From Anolis carolinensis (lineage: Eukaryota), in contig NC_085841.1 of assembly GCF_035594765.1 (NCBI RefSeq), forward strand, positions 240,146,689 to 240,210,688: a stretch of 64,000 nt of DNA, in the 5' to 3' direction. The notes under the pieces were generated by a model that was given only the letters and a program-made list of their open reading frames with translations, was not told the origin of the DNA and made no database searches. Below, piece after piece: positions 1-13,512 of the stretch. A program made the position numbers and the translations under genes. Position 1 is the stretch's first letter. Each line of letters begins with the position of its first letter.

Positions 1-404
1 CTTCATGAGGAAGTGGTGTGCTTGTCTTACACTACTCACAATTTAGTCTCACAGCAGCTATGTGAGGTAGTTTAGGCTGAGCAGAAGAATTTTACACAGA
101 ATTGTCAAATGAGCTTTATAGCTCAGCAAATATTTGATCCTCATCCAAAGTGCTGTGACCCCACTGCACCACACTGGCACCTCTGTAAATAATTGCTAGA
201 GGGGTGTGGCAGGACAATGTAGTTGCTTAATAATATTATACTACAACAAAGTACTTAAAATCACCATAAAACAGAACCTTCACATTCGTAATATGAGCAT
301 TACATGTATTAGTATCAGCATTCAAGATATGTGTATTACCAACATAATTTTAAAATAAATTCAAGTATGATATATGCACACACACATGCACACTCTGAAA
401 AAGG

Positions 405-688
405 TTTTTTTGTCCATGTCAGGAGTGACTTGAGAAACTGCAAGTCACTTCTGGGATGAGAGAACGTCTGCAAGGACATTGCCCAGGGGACGCCCAGATG
501 TTTTTGATGTTTTACCATTCTTGTGGGAGGCTTCTCTCATGTCCCCAAATGGAGCTGAAGCTAACAGAGGGAGCTCATCCACGCTCTCCCTGTGTTGGAT
601 TTGAACCGGCAACCTTCAGGTCAGCAACCCAACCTTCAGGTCAGCAGTCCTGTCAGCTCAAGGCTTTAACCCATTGTGCCATGGGGGT
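405..688 (-). mobile_element. Anolis SINE2-like tRNA-derived SINE (partial copies also at about 4010-4238 and 36408-36537)
   Basis: Reverse complement of the 34401-34656 element. Confidence 0.8.
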
Positions 689-1679
689 AGCGATGATGGA
701 GTCTTATGCAAACAGATCACAAGCTTAATAATTTTCAAACCACACACATCCACATCTAGTTCCCTGCTTCAGCAAACTCCTTTATTTGAAAGATGATGCA
801 GATATTAGCACTGTCATGTGAGTACAGTTCCTCTACTATCAGGTTCCTCACGTAACTCACAACGCTATCCCTCCCCAGTCACATGGAGGCAGCCCTTGCT
901 CTGCAGCTCAGGATTCAGTTGTAAGCAAGTTCTAAAATGGGTTTTCAGTCCTCAGCTTCCCCCTTAAACAAGCTTTCAGCCAAACAAACAGTGACACAAA
1001 AGCAAAACCTTTGCTTCTGGAACTGGCATGTTCATTTGAGAACATCATGTTCCTGGAGAGGACCTGTCAGTAACAACAACCCTCCAAGGCTGAAAGGGAG
1101 CAAAGGAAAAAAACAGAACTGCTGAAAGTAGGTTCAGCCCCTGGGCAGTTCCCCTGCCCAAAGTTTCCATTGGGTTTATTAAGTGGTCCCTTTTATAATC
1201 CCGATGTAATAATCTGTATGGGGTAAAAATTGAAAACAAATGATGCTGTCGATAGGCTTAGCAAGATGAAAAAACACAGATCAGGCAATATAATCTGGCA
1301 GCTCACAAAATAATACAGCTCAGCTAACTCTCAGCTATTTCCCCTCCCTCCTTCATCTACCATTAGGCCCCATGCAAAATGTGGAGTGGATTTCTTTGAA
1401 GATGTTAATCCTTTTGGACACTGTGCTGGTTAGAACTGGAGGAGGGGGAATCCATAAATATGACGTTCCCCTTCTGTTATTTTGTTGCCTCGGGCACTCA
1501 ATAGGCTAATTTCTCCTCTAGCCCAGTTTGACACAATTCAGATACTTTGCTTCCTCTGCAATTCTGCAAGGGATTTGTTTCTCTCTCCCCTCCCCACAGT
1601 TTTATTATTTCAGCCAGCACTGGGTCAATCCTGGCATAGCGAGGTGGTTCTGCTGCTTCTACTTGATTGTTAACTAAAC

Positions 1680-1945
1680 AAAATTCTTTGGCTGGCCAAT
1701 CATTTCCCTCTCAAAGTCCGCCCCATGTACTTGGCCGCCCTCCCAACCATTTCTCCCAACGACTCTTCTCGCACTGCTGCACCGCATGCGTGCCCACAAG
1801 GGCCCTGGTTTTTGCTAAACTGGAGCATTTCCTGTCTCTAGCCGTGCTGGGGTTGTTGACAGGCCGCTTATGCAACACTGGGTCTTGCCCATCTGTCAGC
1901 TAAACCACAGACACACCCCACGGGGTTGGAGGACATCCGCTGGGT
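1680..1945. promoter_or_regulatory. Promoter-like segment of unknown target
   Basis: GGCCAATCA, two CCGCCC boxes, an NRF1-like CGCATGCG, locally raised CpG, and a donor-like TGG|GTGAGA at 1943/1944. Confidence 0.4.
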
Positions 1946-2438
1946 GAGAGAGGCCCTGTCCTGTCTGTTCTCTAGCCTCTTGGGAGCTGTCTCTATGAGA
2001 GAAAGGCTCCTGGGTTCCTTACAAAACCATACTCTGCAAGTTACAGGAGCCTACTGACAACCTTAGGAGCTGTTAGTAACCATTTGTGACTGCCTTCTCC
2101 CTTGCCCTGCTCCCCACAGGGCTGTTCTGTGCTCTGCCGATCAAAGGGCAAAGTATATGGTTTTTGCCCTGCCCTGCCCTACCTTAACAAGCAGCTCTGG
2201 CCGCCAGCCAGGGAGCTCTACAAATGTCTATGCCTGTAATGAGTTTTTCTTTCTCTGTTTAACAGCAGCTGAAGGAGTGGAATTGTTTCTGGACCATAGC
2301 ACAGGAGAGACCTACTCCTTACTTTGTAAACCCTGAGGAATTTGAATGGCAGAGTGTGGTGAAAACTGTCACCTGTCTGTCCTCACATCTCGAGGCAGAG
2401 CACAACACAGTTATATATACATCAGCATAAAATACATA

Positions 2439-2768
2439 AGGTAAAGGTAAAGGTTTCCCCCTGACGTTAAGTCCAGTTGTGTCTGACTCTGGGAGTTGGT
2501 GCTCATCTCCATTTCTAAACCAAAGAGCCAGCATTGTCCATAGACACCTCCAAGGTCATGTGGCCAGCATGACTGCATGGAGCAGCGTTACCTTCCCACC
2601 GGAGTGGTACCTATTGATCTACTCACATTTGCATGTTTTCAAACTGCTAGGCTGGCAGAAACTGAAGTTAACAGTGGGCGCTCACTCTGCTCCCCGGATT
2701 CAAACCTGCAACCTTTCGGTCTGCAAGTTCAGCAGCTCAGCACTTTAACATACTGTGCCACTGGGGAC
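2439..2768 (-). mobile_element. Sauria SINE
   Basis: (ACCTTT)n tail read as GGTAAAGGTAAAGG, conserved core, tRNA-like head. Confidence 0.9.
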
Positions 2769-2785
2769 TTATATTGAAACAAATA

Positions 2786-3108
2786 CAGTAGAGTCTCACT
2801 TATCCAAGCTAAATGGGCCGGCAGAAGCTTGGATAAGCGAATATCTTGGATAATAAGGCGGGATTAAGGAAAAGCCTATTAAACATCAAATTAGGTTATG
2901 ATTTTACAAATTAAGGATCAAAACATCATGTTATACAACAAATTTGACAGAAAAAGTAGTTCAATATGCAGTAATGTTATGTTGTAATTACTGTATTTAC
3001 AAATTTAGCACCAAAATATCATGATATATTGAAAACATTGACTACAAAAATGGCTTGGATAATCCAGAACCTTGGATAAGTGAGGCTTGGATAAGTGAGA
3101 CTCTATTG
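2786..3108. mobile_element. Tc1/mariner (Tigger/pogo-like) MITE
   Basis: TIR CAGTAGAGTCTCACTTATCCAA with TA TSD. Confidence 0.85.
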
Positions 3109-3127
3109 TAACTATAAAATACATATA

Positions 3128-3586
3128 CAGCAGAGTCTTACTTATCCAATATAAACGGGCCGGCAGAACGTTGGATAAGCGAAAACATTGGATAATAAGG
3201 AGGGATTAAGGAAAAGCCTATTAAACGTCAAATTACGTTATGATTTTACAAATTAAGCAACAAATCATGTTTTATAACAAATCGACAGAAAAAGCAGTTC
3301 AATACACAGTAACGTTATGTAGTAATTTCTGTATTTACGAATTTATCACCAAAACATCTCAATGTATTGAAGACATTGACTACAAAAACATTGACTACTA
3401 AAAAATTGACTACAAATAAATATAGAATTGCATAAAATGAGTTTATAGTAACAACACTGTTGGAAGTTAAATCCGTAAAAAGTACAGTCCTTGCTTCCTA
3501 GAGAAACAGCTGTGGATCCAGGTGTGAGGCAGAAAGCGTTGGATAAACGTTGGCTAAGTGAAGGTTAGATAAGCGAGACTCTACTG
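3128..3586. mobile_element. Tc1/mariner (Tigger/pogo-like) MITE, longer variant of the same family
   Basis: Same TIRs and TA TSD. Confidence 0.85.
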
Positions 3587-4257
3587 TATTAAAATATATG
3601 GCACAAAGATTAAAATACAAGAGTGATAGAATGTAAAGGTAAAATGTACAGTTCTACAGCCTCATCACACCATAGCATGGATCTGCCTCCTGCAGAATTC
3701 TGGGGTTTGTAGTTTAGCGAAGCCCCAGACCTGCCTGACTGAGCAGTTTAAAGGCCCCTCCCTAAACTACAAGCCCCAGAATTCTGCAGAAGGCAGAAAC
3801 TGGATTTAAAGTGGATCCATTCTCTAGTGTGATGAGGTCCTAAAACTGGCTGGGTAGGCCTGTCAGAAGAGATACATCTTCTGTTGTGGCTTGAATTCTG
3901 ACAGCTCATATAGCTGTCATAGCTCTTCCAACAGGTCATTCCAGTCATGGGGCAGCCAATGAAAACGTCCTCTGGGTGACAGTTACAAGTTGGGTTTTGG
4001 CTGGTTGGAGTGTGAGAGAATTGGCTGTCTGCAAGGACGTTGCCCAGGGGACGCCCGGATGTTTTGATGTTTTTACCATCCTTGTGGGAGACTTCTCTCA
4101 TGTCCCCACATGGAGCTGGAGCTGATAAAGGGAACTCATCCACGCTCTCCCCGGGTGAGATTCGAACCTGGCAGCCTTCAGGTCAGCAACCCAAACTTCA
4201 AGTCACAAGGCTTTAATCCACTAGGCCACGGGGGTTCCTGACTATTGGATTATGACG

Positions 4258-4847
4258 TGTTAGGATCATAACCTATTGTGTAGCAGAGTTTCAGGAGTGT
4301 TCCTTTAGTTTATTGACTAAAAGATGGTCAAAGGGTGCATAAATATCTTGCTTCTATTCGACGCTCTCAGCAGACAAAGATTCAAGTAGACTTCTTTAAA
4401 ATAACATGTTTGTTTTACTCACAACTTCATGCATTTAAATATACAGGTACATTTTTGATGGATTAAGCTTTAAAACATTTCAATTTATATCTCTAATTTA
4501 TAATCTTTAACAGTCTCTTCAAAGCTATATTGCTGTGTACAGCTCTCTTTAATAAAAGTCTATTTCTAAGGAACTCAAGCCTCAACTGACTTCTAACTTC
4601 CTACACTGGCTTTTGTACTCAAGCAGACTCAAGCCTCAACTGTCATTCCTCAGCTATCATTCTTTTAAAACTGCATTCTAAACAGTCACTGAACCAGTCA
4701 CATGGTCTGCAGCCCCTCCCACTGCCTCAAGTGCATAGAGCTAAGAAAACTGCAAATCAAAGAAGACATACACTTCAGGAAATAAACAACACATTATAAA
4801 CAGACAAAATAGATAGAGGAGGCTTGAGAAGGTTGCTATCTCCAACA
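4258..4847 (-). mobile_element. Probable solo LTR (~590 bp)
   Basis: Termini TGTTAGGA...TCCAACA; imperfect 4-bp TSD GACG/GAAG; minus-strand AATAAA near the left end. Confidence 0.55.
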
Positions 4848-4867
4848 GAAGTACTCTGAAAGCCATG

Positions 4868-5804
4868 TGTAGTGAACCTTACCTATTAGGCCGGGAATGA
4901 AGCCTGGGTAACAGTGAGTGAGGCAGGCCTCCATTTTGTAGAGGAATGCCAGGCAGCCATCTTGAGTGTGGTTAGAAAGAGGGAGGGGCTTAGAGAGAGA
5001 ATCCTAGGATTGGCCAGAGCAGATGGGAGGAGCCAAGTCTTAGAGTTCAGAGGGGGAAAAAAGAGCTCCAAGGCAGTTTGGGTTTGGGAGAGGAAAGAGC
5101 AGTTTGGAGTTTTGGTTGTGTGTGAGAGAACTGAGAGCTGTGAAACTGACAGGATAGGTCAGGCAGTTTGGATCTCTTGGGGGAGATAATCCAAGAGATT
5201 GACTCTCACTACTGGGCTGGTTAATAGAAGGACTCTAGGTTAGAGTTAATTAACACCCAGGGGGCTATCTAGATTAGGTTAGTTGAACTCGTGACTATTC
5301 TCAGCAAATAGAGCGAGGGTTTCTGTGACCAATAGGTAGTTTGATTTGATTGGAACTGTTTGAAACTAGGTGAAGTAATCTGAAACATACAACTAAGTTA
5401 AGCTGAAGAACTTCTGTAACCGTTTACACTTATGTACCTCTCTAAAGTAATTATTTTCCTGTTTTAAGAAAATAAATTTTTATTCTATTTTCAACTTTCA
5501 AAGCCTCAACAGTCTATCTTTCTATTAAGAAGCCTTTATAATAGTTCCAGCAATACAACAATTAAATACCACAGAAAAGCCTCATAGTAAACATCAGTTT
5601 GGGAGCAAGGGGGTGGAAACAGTGTGAGCAGCGAATGGGAGAAACTTATCTCAAGTACATTTAACAACAAAAATCCTAAAAACATTTTCGGTTGGTGGCA
5701 GCTACCATTTTAAAAGAAAATCTAAAAACAAACTGACATCCCTCGCCTCTCACATAAGGGTGCTTGCGTGTGTGAAGAGTGTAGAGTGAGGGGTGTCCGT
5801 TATA
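4868..5804 (+). mobile_element. Solo LTR (937 bp) with 5-bp TSD CCATG
   Basis: CCATG at 4863-4867 and 5805-5809; termini TGTAG...TTATA (degenerate TG..CA); internal AATAAA at about 5471. Confidence 0.75.
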
Positions 5805-7170
5805 CCATGGCAGGATATCAATTGTTTAACTGAAGGAAGGAACCTTTCTTCCTAAGGCTAAGTGGATGGGGATATAATCTGGCTCCAAAATGGCCAGACA
5901 CAAAAGTGGGCAGAACATTTGTACCTTTAATAGTTGTGCAGAAGAGGGAATTCCAGTAGTTATAACTTGTTATGAAAAGCAGTACTTGCTGAAATACTTT
6001 CCTTTACCTTGTTCTTAAATGTGGAGGAGCCCTGTAGTTTTGTATACACCGGATATGGTGCTTACTTCCTATTAAAACATATTTGTCCTTTAACAATCTA
6101 TTCAAAATTATGTTTTCCAATTAAACTTGTTTCCAGAGGCCCTTCATACTTCATAACGACAGTGCTGTGATTCCACTTTAATAGCAATGATGACTGTAGC
6201 CTTTGGAATCCTGGGGTTTGTAGGAGGCACTTCAGCTTCTGGGCAGAGCAGTCTAGGTTTCCCTCCCTGAACTGCAAATCCCATTAATATGTAGGATGTT
6301 GTCATTGCAGTCAAAGTTAAATCACAGCATTGTAATTGTGTAGTGTGAAAGCACCCCTGGTATGTAATGGAATTACAATTCAGAAGCACTGTGCACTGCA
6401 TTGCTGCAGAGATTTGGGAGTACACAGCATTTTTAAAAATCCACTAAAATCAAGGGAAGGACACAGAAAAAGGTATGTCATTGCTGCAAGAAGGAGGGAG
6501 CAGCTTTGCTGATTTTCATTCTGCTTGTTTTTTTTTAAAAAAAGACTAGTAGAATATCCTTGTAATTACCTTGCACAAGGCTGTGAGTATCCAGTCTCGA
6601 AAGATTTAGGGTTGTTGTCATAACATGTTTCTTAGATTAAGATTATCTGTGCTTGGTGAGATAATTTACAGGTCATAATATGCAGAATTAGGATGTTGAT
6701 GGACTAAAATATTTTAAGTGGGCCTTACTTCAGGATAAGGTGGCTAGGAGCAAAAAAAATAGGGATTCTGCATCCTAAATAGTTGGCTACAAGAGGGAAT
6801 TCTAATACAAGCAACACCTTTCAACATTCTCACTTTCTATACAACTGTTAAAATTTTAGTATTGGACTAGGACTTTGGAAGTCTATTGTTTGAAACCCTA
6901 CACAGCCATGGGAACTGCTGAATGGCTTTGGGCAAGTCATATTGTCTCAACATTTTGTTGTGTGCCTTCAACTCATTTCTGACTTATGTAAACCCTAAGG
7001 TGACTCTATCACAGGGTTTTTTTGGCAAGATTTCTTCAGAGGAGTTGTCATCATCACGTCCTCTGGGGATGAGAGAGTGTGACACGTCTAAGGTCACCCA
7101 GTGGATATCCGTGGCCAAGTGGAAATTGGTCATGGAAATCCATTGGGTGACCTTAGTCTCCACAGTCATA

Positions 7171-7495
7171 GGTAAGGTAAAGGGTTCCCCTGACGTTAAG
7201 TCCAGTCATGTCTGACTCTGGGGGTTGGTGCTCATCTCCATTTCTAAGCCGAAGAGCCGGCGTTGTCCATAGATACCTCCAAGGTCAAGTGGCCAGCATG
7301 ACTGCATGGAGCACCGTTACCTTCCCACCGGAGCGGTACCTATTGATCTACTCACATTGGCATGTTTTCGAACTGCTAGGTTAGCAGAAGCTGGAGCTAA
7401 CAGCGGGCTCTCACTCTGCTCCCGGGATTTGAACCTGGGACCTTTCGGTCTGCAAGTTCAGCAGCTAGGTGCTTTAACACACTTTGACACCGGGA
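7171..7495 (-). mobile_element. Sauria SINE
   Basis: Full-length match to the other copies in the window. Confidence 0.9.
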
Positions 7496-7519
7496 TATAA
7501 GTATAGTCAATACTTAAAC

Positions 7520-7666
7520 GACGCTCCATGCAGTCATGCCAGCCACAGGACCTTGGAGGTGTCTACGGACAACGCCGGCTCTTCGTCTTAGAAATGGAGA
7601 TGAGCACCAACCCCCAGAGTCAGACATGACTGGACTTAACGTCAGGGGAAACCTTTACCTTTACCT
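7520..7666 (+). mobile_element. 5'-truncated Sauria SINE with TSD ATACTTAAAC
   Basis: ACCTTT tail; the TSD is at 7510-7519 and 7667-7676. Confidence 0.85.
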
Positions 7667-8976
7667 ATACTTAAACCACTATACCACACAATTGGAATGA
7701 CTCAGCCTTATTGGAAGCCAATGACAAACCTCTTTTGCATTAATCTTGCTAAGAAAACCTTGTCATAGGGTTGCCTTAGGGTTACCAGACAAACAAGCAC
7801 AACTATTAAAGGTATATGAGCCCTGCCTTGTTTTGCTTTTGATCACATAGATCACAATACACAGACGTAGAACTGTACTGTGCACACACTTCCTTCTGTC
7901 ATTCAGGTGCCAGGTGATTTTTCTTATATTTCCAGTACTTTCAAGTAGCATTTTAATTTTGAATGATTATATTGATGCATAAATTGCTCTGTTTTAATTG
8001 TTTGACCACAAGCTGCCTTGAGTATTTGGTTGTGGAAAAGTAGAGAGACATATTATAAATAAATAAATAGATGGATAAAATGCAACTGTGTGCTGCATTG
8101 CTCATTTCCCTTTCTGTGTCCTCTCCCCTAATGCCATGCATACATGGTGGACATTAACTTCCATCACCCCAGCCAACATAGTTGATGGATGATGGGGGCT
8201 GTGGTTCAAAATTAGACTTGCTATCGGGTTGGGGGAAAGTACCCCATAAATTTCTCTGCAGCATTGCCTAGGCAACAGTTTCTGAGACTGAACAGCAGAG
8301 TTTTTCCTGATACAGAAAATCAGGTGACAAGCCCAAGGCGAGGGGACGGATGCAGCCCAGCTCACTTGTGGAATGCTTCACCTGAGTGGTTCAAAGCAAA
8401 CATTCAAAGCTCTTTAACTCTGTGTCTGCCTCCATACTGGTACTTCAAAACTGATAAGGCAACATGTTTGGGATTTCTCTCCCCCAGCTCTCTCAAGTAA
8501 GCAGAGACTTTACTTCTAAAGGAATAGATGAGCTTTATCTTATTTCTCTTTCCAGGATTCCATGTTCATGGCTCATCAGAAAATCCACCGAATGGACTGG
8601 AGAACTCTTACGTATATCTCAGGTGCCCACGCAGGAAAGTCCAAAGTTGTATCTTTGGGCTTGCCAAGCTAGGAGTTCATCCTTGCTACCCAGGTAAGAC
8701 TTATCAATGCTTCTTTGGTTTGTCTTTTGAAAATAGGCTGTCCTGGGTATCTGGGCATCCCAGGCAATGACCTATATTTGCACACTTGTATGTCCGGTTC
8801 TGAACCAATGACTGGACTAGGACTTTGGGAGACTAGGGTTTGAATTCCTATTCAGCCACTGAAACCCATTGAGTGAATTTGGAGAAGTCATATGCTCTCA
8901 GTCTTAGAGGAAAGTAATGGCAAAGATCTCTGAACAAATCTTGACAAGAAAACCCTGTGATAGGTTCATCTTAGGG

Positions 8977-9378
8977 CAATGGTTCTCAACCTGTGGGCCA
9001 CAGCCCAGCAGTGAACCTCCTTCCTCTTTGTTTGTTTATTTTATTAATTTTATTTACACTCCTTTCCACAGAACTGACCATTGCATTAGATAGACCACAT
9101 CAGATCTAGATGATTAAATATGGTTTTCTGTGGGTGAGCAGATGGTGACAACTGGATGGCATATGTTCTGTATCAGAGACTAGAGCTGATGTGGTCTATC
9201 CAATGCAATTTTCTGAATCAGCACCCCAAATAATCAAACCGAATCTAAAGTTGACCAAAAACTGATTCATAACCCTTTGGATACTAATGTTGGAGAGTGG
9301 TTCCTGGTCAAGTGGGCCCTAGTTAAAGTAGTCCCTTGTCAAGTGGGCCCTGGTCAAAAAAAAGGTTGGGAACCACTG
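8977..9378. mobile_element. hAT-type non-autonomous element (related copy at about 12348-12700)
   Basis: TIR CAATGGTTCTCAACC / GGTTGGGAACCACTG. The interior is shared in inverted orientation with the 12348 copy. Confidence 0.65.
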
Positions 9379-10196
9379 TCTTATGGCCATCCTAAATTGG
9401 AAACAACTTAACAACATAAAACAACAAGTTTTTTCTTCAGTTCATAGTGTGGTGCATCTTGACCCTCCTTTCCCCTTCATCTTGGACACTCAAATTCATA
9501 TTGCTTCTTCAGTTAAAAGCACTAATTTGATATCAGAATTTAGAGTTCTAAAGACCGCAGATATTGAGTCCTAGAGTCCGCGCCTGGTGAGGCTGGCAAA
9601 CCCCAATGGTCTCAGAAGATATGATTCACCAGTGAAAGGCAAATAAAAGAGGCTTTATTCAATCTGCAGAAGAGATGTGAGTACAGCAACAGGTGCCAAA
9701 TTGTACAAGCATAAGCATTATGGGATGTGCAGCCATTTTTATACAGTAGAAAACCCATGCATTGACACTGTCTAGTTTTGAATTTCCCTCCCTGTTCTTA
9801 ATGGGCTGAGAGCAGGAAACCGGCCGGTGTCCCCTGCACTCCTGATTTGGGGGGGGGGGGGGGGGCTCACATGGACTTGCTCTGCAATTGGCTCTGACAC
9901 CAAAGATGCTGCTTGGTGGGAATGTCCTGGAGTCGCCAATCAGCTATTGGAGGCATTGCTAGGGATGGAGAGGAGCTTCCGGGAAGCAGCAGCACATCTG
10001 GAAGCTTAAGATGAAGATGTTTTTTATTTAATATATTTATAGGATAAAATGGAAATAAAATGAAATATTAGGGATTTGGAGGGAAAAAGCAAGGATCAGG
10101 GGGTGCCAAGATGGTGTCATGGTGGGCATGCATGAAGGGGTTAGAAAGGTTGTTTCCTTTTCTTTCAATTATTTAGCTCCTGCTTCAGTGGAAGTG

Positions 10197-10527
10197 GGAG
10201 CCCCGGTGGCGCAGCATGTTAAAGCGCTAAGCTGCTGAACTTGCTGACCGAAAGGTTGCAGGTTTGAATCCAGAGAGCGGAATGAGTGCCTTCTGTTAGC
10301 CCCAGCTTCTGCCAACCTAGCAGTTCAAAAACATGCAAATGTGAGTAGATCAATAGATACTGCTCCGGTGGAAAGGTAATGACACACCATGCAGCCATGC
10401 CGGCAACATGACCATGGAGGTGTCTATGGACAATGCTAGCTTTTCAGCTTAGAAATGGAAATGAGCACCAACCCCCAGAGCCAAACATGACTGGATTTAA
10501 TTCCAGGGGAAAACCTTTACCTTTACC
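10197..10527 (+). mobile_element. Sauria SINE
   Basis: GGAGCCCCGGTGGCGCAG head and AACCTTTACCTTTACC tail. Confidence 0.9.
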
Positions 10528-13282
10528 TCAGTAGAAGTACAGGTGATCAGAGAAGAATAGAGGGAGGTATTGCCAAGGATAGAAAATTTAAGGCGTTCAT
10601 CCTAAAATATACTTTTTGCGTTAAAATTCAAGAGGTTATATATTTAGTTACTCAGATATTTAAGGAACAGTAAATGGATTGCTTTGGAAATAGTTGAGAT
10701 ATGTTCTGGTTTGAATCAGCTCATATCTTGGGATTTAAAACAAAAAGGAGTTGTAGTTTTGGGAGGGAGTTATTGGAAGGGTTAGGCTGCTGCTGGTCTG
10801 TTGCGGGTTGAGGGAAAGGACACTACTGCATTTCATTCTGGCTTGATGTCCTTAGGAAACTATAAATTTTTTGGGGTGGGGGGTCTTGGGTTTGACAACA
10901 TATAGACAAAGCTTAGAAAATCTAACTGCAATTACCAGTCTTGAAGTCTTTCCAAAGAGACATGAAGTCAGCTACAAAACCAGAGGTACTTTGTTTAACA
11001 GGATAGATTCCTCTTAGAGACAGTGCCCTGAGGATGGGTTACCTGTCCCAGCAGGCACACCTGGAAAGGCACAAGACATGCAACTCACATGCTTGGGCTT
11101 GTCATTGCCACAGGCAGCACTCCCAAACAGAGATGCTGTCGAAGGGTGGGGCCTCTGCATCCCTAAGGACAACGGCTAATCTTAGTGCAGTGAAAGGGAG
11201 GGTACAGAACTGCAGATGTTGCAGAACTGCAGCTCTCTCTATTCCTCATCTTGGCCTATAACAAGCCTGCACAGCCTGTGACCTTCTCAGTGTTTTGGAA
11301 TTTCTGGCCATTGGAATAGCTGGCTAGAGCTTCTGGGAGTTAGAGACCGAAAGACCTGAGGGCCTCAGTTTGTGCAAGCCTGGCCTATACAGTCATGATT
11401 ATAGCTGATGTGAGTTGCAATTCATCCCCTGGAGGGGCACACTTTGCCCAACTTTGGGCCCTTCCACACAGCTGTATAAATCCATATTGAACTGGATTAT
11501 GTGGCAGTGTGGACTCAGATATTCCAATTCAAAGCAGACATTGTGGTTTATCTGCTTTGATATTCTGAGTTATATGGCTGTGTGGAAGGGCCCGTTGTCT
11601 CATTAGAGAAGATACTGCACATCTTCCTTGATTTTTCTACGTCCAGGATCTTTTAAGGTCAATGCCTATTGGCCAACTCCCATTTATTGTTCAGAAAGGT
11701 GAAGAGGAAATCCTTCATGTGGTTTCCTATCAGTGTAATAATACCTGGGGGAGAGACTAGTGTCTGTGCATTTTCCCCACCCTGATTGCCCTCCTGAGGT
11801 TTTCAGAGTGTTGTTATTACTGAGCAAAGTCTCCCTCCTACAACTATGATTTTCAGAATTCCCAGTCAGCATGCAACTGGCCAAACTGGTTATAGTTTCT
11901 GGAAATTGCAGACCAAGGCATAAATGCAGTTTATGTTGTTGGTAATATGGTAACTTGGAGGTATCTCAGTCATGGGGCAGCCATGAATCAAAGTCAGCTT
12001 GAAGACAGTTAACAATAACAGTACAGAAAGCATGTGACTTATATAAGATCCCATGAGTTCCCATGGCTGAACAAGAATCTTGGTCTCCTGAATTTATTTA
12101 TTTATTTATTTATTTGCAGTATTTATATTCCACCCTTCTCACCCCGAAGGGGACTCAGGGTGGATCACATTCCACATATAAGGCAAACATTCAATGCCAT
12201 AACATAGAACAAAGACAGAGGCAGACGCAGGCACCGGGCTGGCCTCGAACTCATGACCTCTTGGTCAGAGTGATTTGTTGCAGCTGGCTGCTAACCAGCC
12301 TGCACCACAGCCTGGCCTAGTCCTAGTCCATGTCTTAAACTCTAGATCAGTGGTTGCCAACCTTTTTTTTAACCAGGGACCACTTGACCAGGGACCACTT
12401 TGACCAGAGACCATTCTCCAGCATTAGTACCAAAAGGGTTATGAATCAGTTTTTGGGCAACTTTAGATTTGGTTTGGTTATTTGGGATGCTGATTCAGGA
12501 AATTGGATAGACCACATCAGCTCTAGTTTCTGATACAGAACATATGCCATTCATTGGTCACCATTCCCTCGCCCATAGAAAACCATATTTAATAATCTAG
12601 ACCTGATGTGGTCTATTCAATGCAATTTTCTGAATCAGCACCCCAAATAACCCCAGGAAATGGCCTAAAAATGAAAACATCAAAATAATTTTTTGGTTGG
12701 GCTGTTATTTTCTGTGTTTTTTGTTAAGACTAATGTAAAACAAAGAAGTGGAGGTGGCTAAGGTTGACAAAAATACAAAAAGTGGAGCATGAGACCCAAA
12801 AAATTGTCCCTAACTGCTTTCTCTTACCTTCCCACTAATACTGAATGGTAGAAAATTAAAAGATGTGTCGTATTTCTTCACATAACTCATAGTTAAATTC
12901 TGAAATTTTCTACCAACAAGATGCATTATCAGTTACCAAGCTAAAACTCTTTAAAGAGGATTTAAGCAAATAAATGATGCAATCCCTGAGTTACAAACAT
13001 TTGACTTACAAACAATTCAAGTGTGCCCCTCCAGATGTTGTAGAACGGTAGTTCTCGACCTGTGGGCCCCCAGGCATTTTGGCCTGCAACTCCCAGAAAT
13101 TCCAGCCATTTTACCAGCTGTTCGGGTTTCTGGGAGTTGAAGGACAAGACATCTGGGGTCCCACAGGTTGAGAACCACTGTTGTAGAGCTATCAGCACTA
13201 GCCAGCTGAGCCAATGGCAAGAGACAATGTGAATTGCAGTCCAAAAACATACAGAGGGCTTCAGTTTGCTCTTTTGCTGTAA

Positions 13283-13512
13283 AAGGTAAAGGTAAAGGTT
13301 TTTCCCTGACGTTAAGTCCAGTCGTGACCGACTCTGGGGGTTGGTGCTCATTTCCATTTCTAAGCCGAAGAGCCGGCGTTGTCCGTAGACACCTCCAAGG
13401 TCATTTGGCCGGCATGACTGCATGGAGCGCCGTTACCTTCCCGCTGGAGCGGTACCTATTGATCTACTCAAATTTGCATGTTTTCGAACTGCTAGGTTGG
13501 CAGGAGCTGAGG
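13283..13512 (-). mobile_element. Sauria SINE, 5'-truncated
   Basis: Tail and core match the other copies. Confidence 0.85.

Noticed and set aside
10197-10280. tRNA-like A and B boxes
   Set aside because: They are the head of a tRNA-derived SINE, not a tRNA gene.
9560-10900. Possible additional solo LTR containing a Sauria SINE
   Set aside because: It has LTR-like composition and a CAACA end, but I found no convincing left terminus or TSD.
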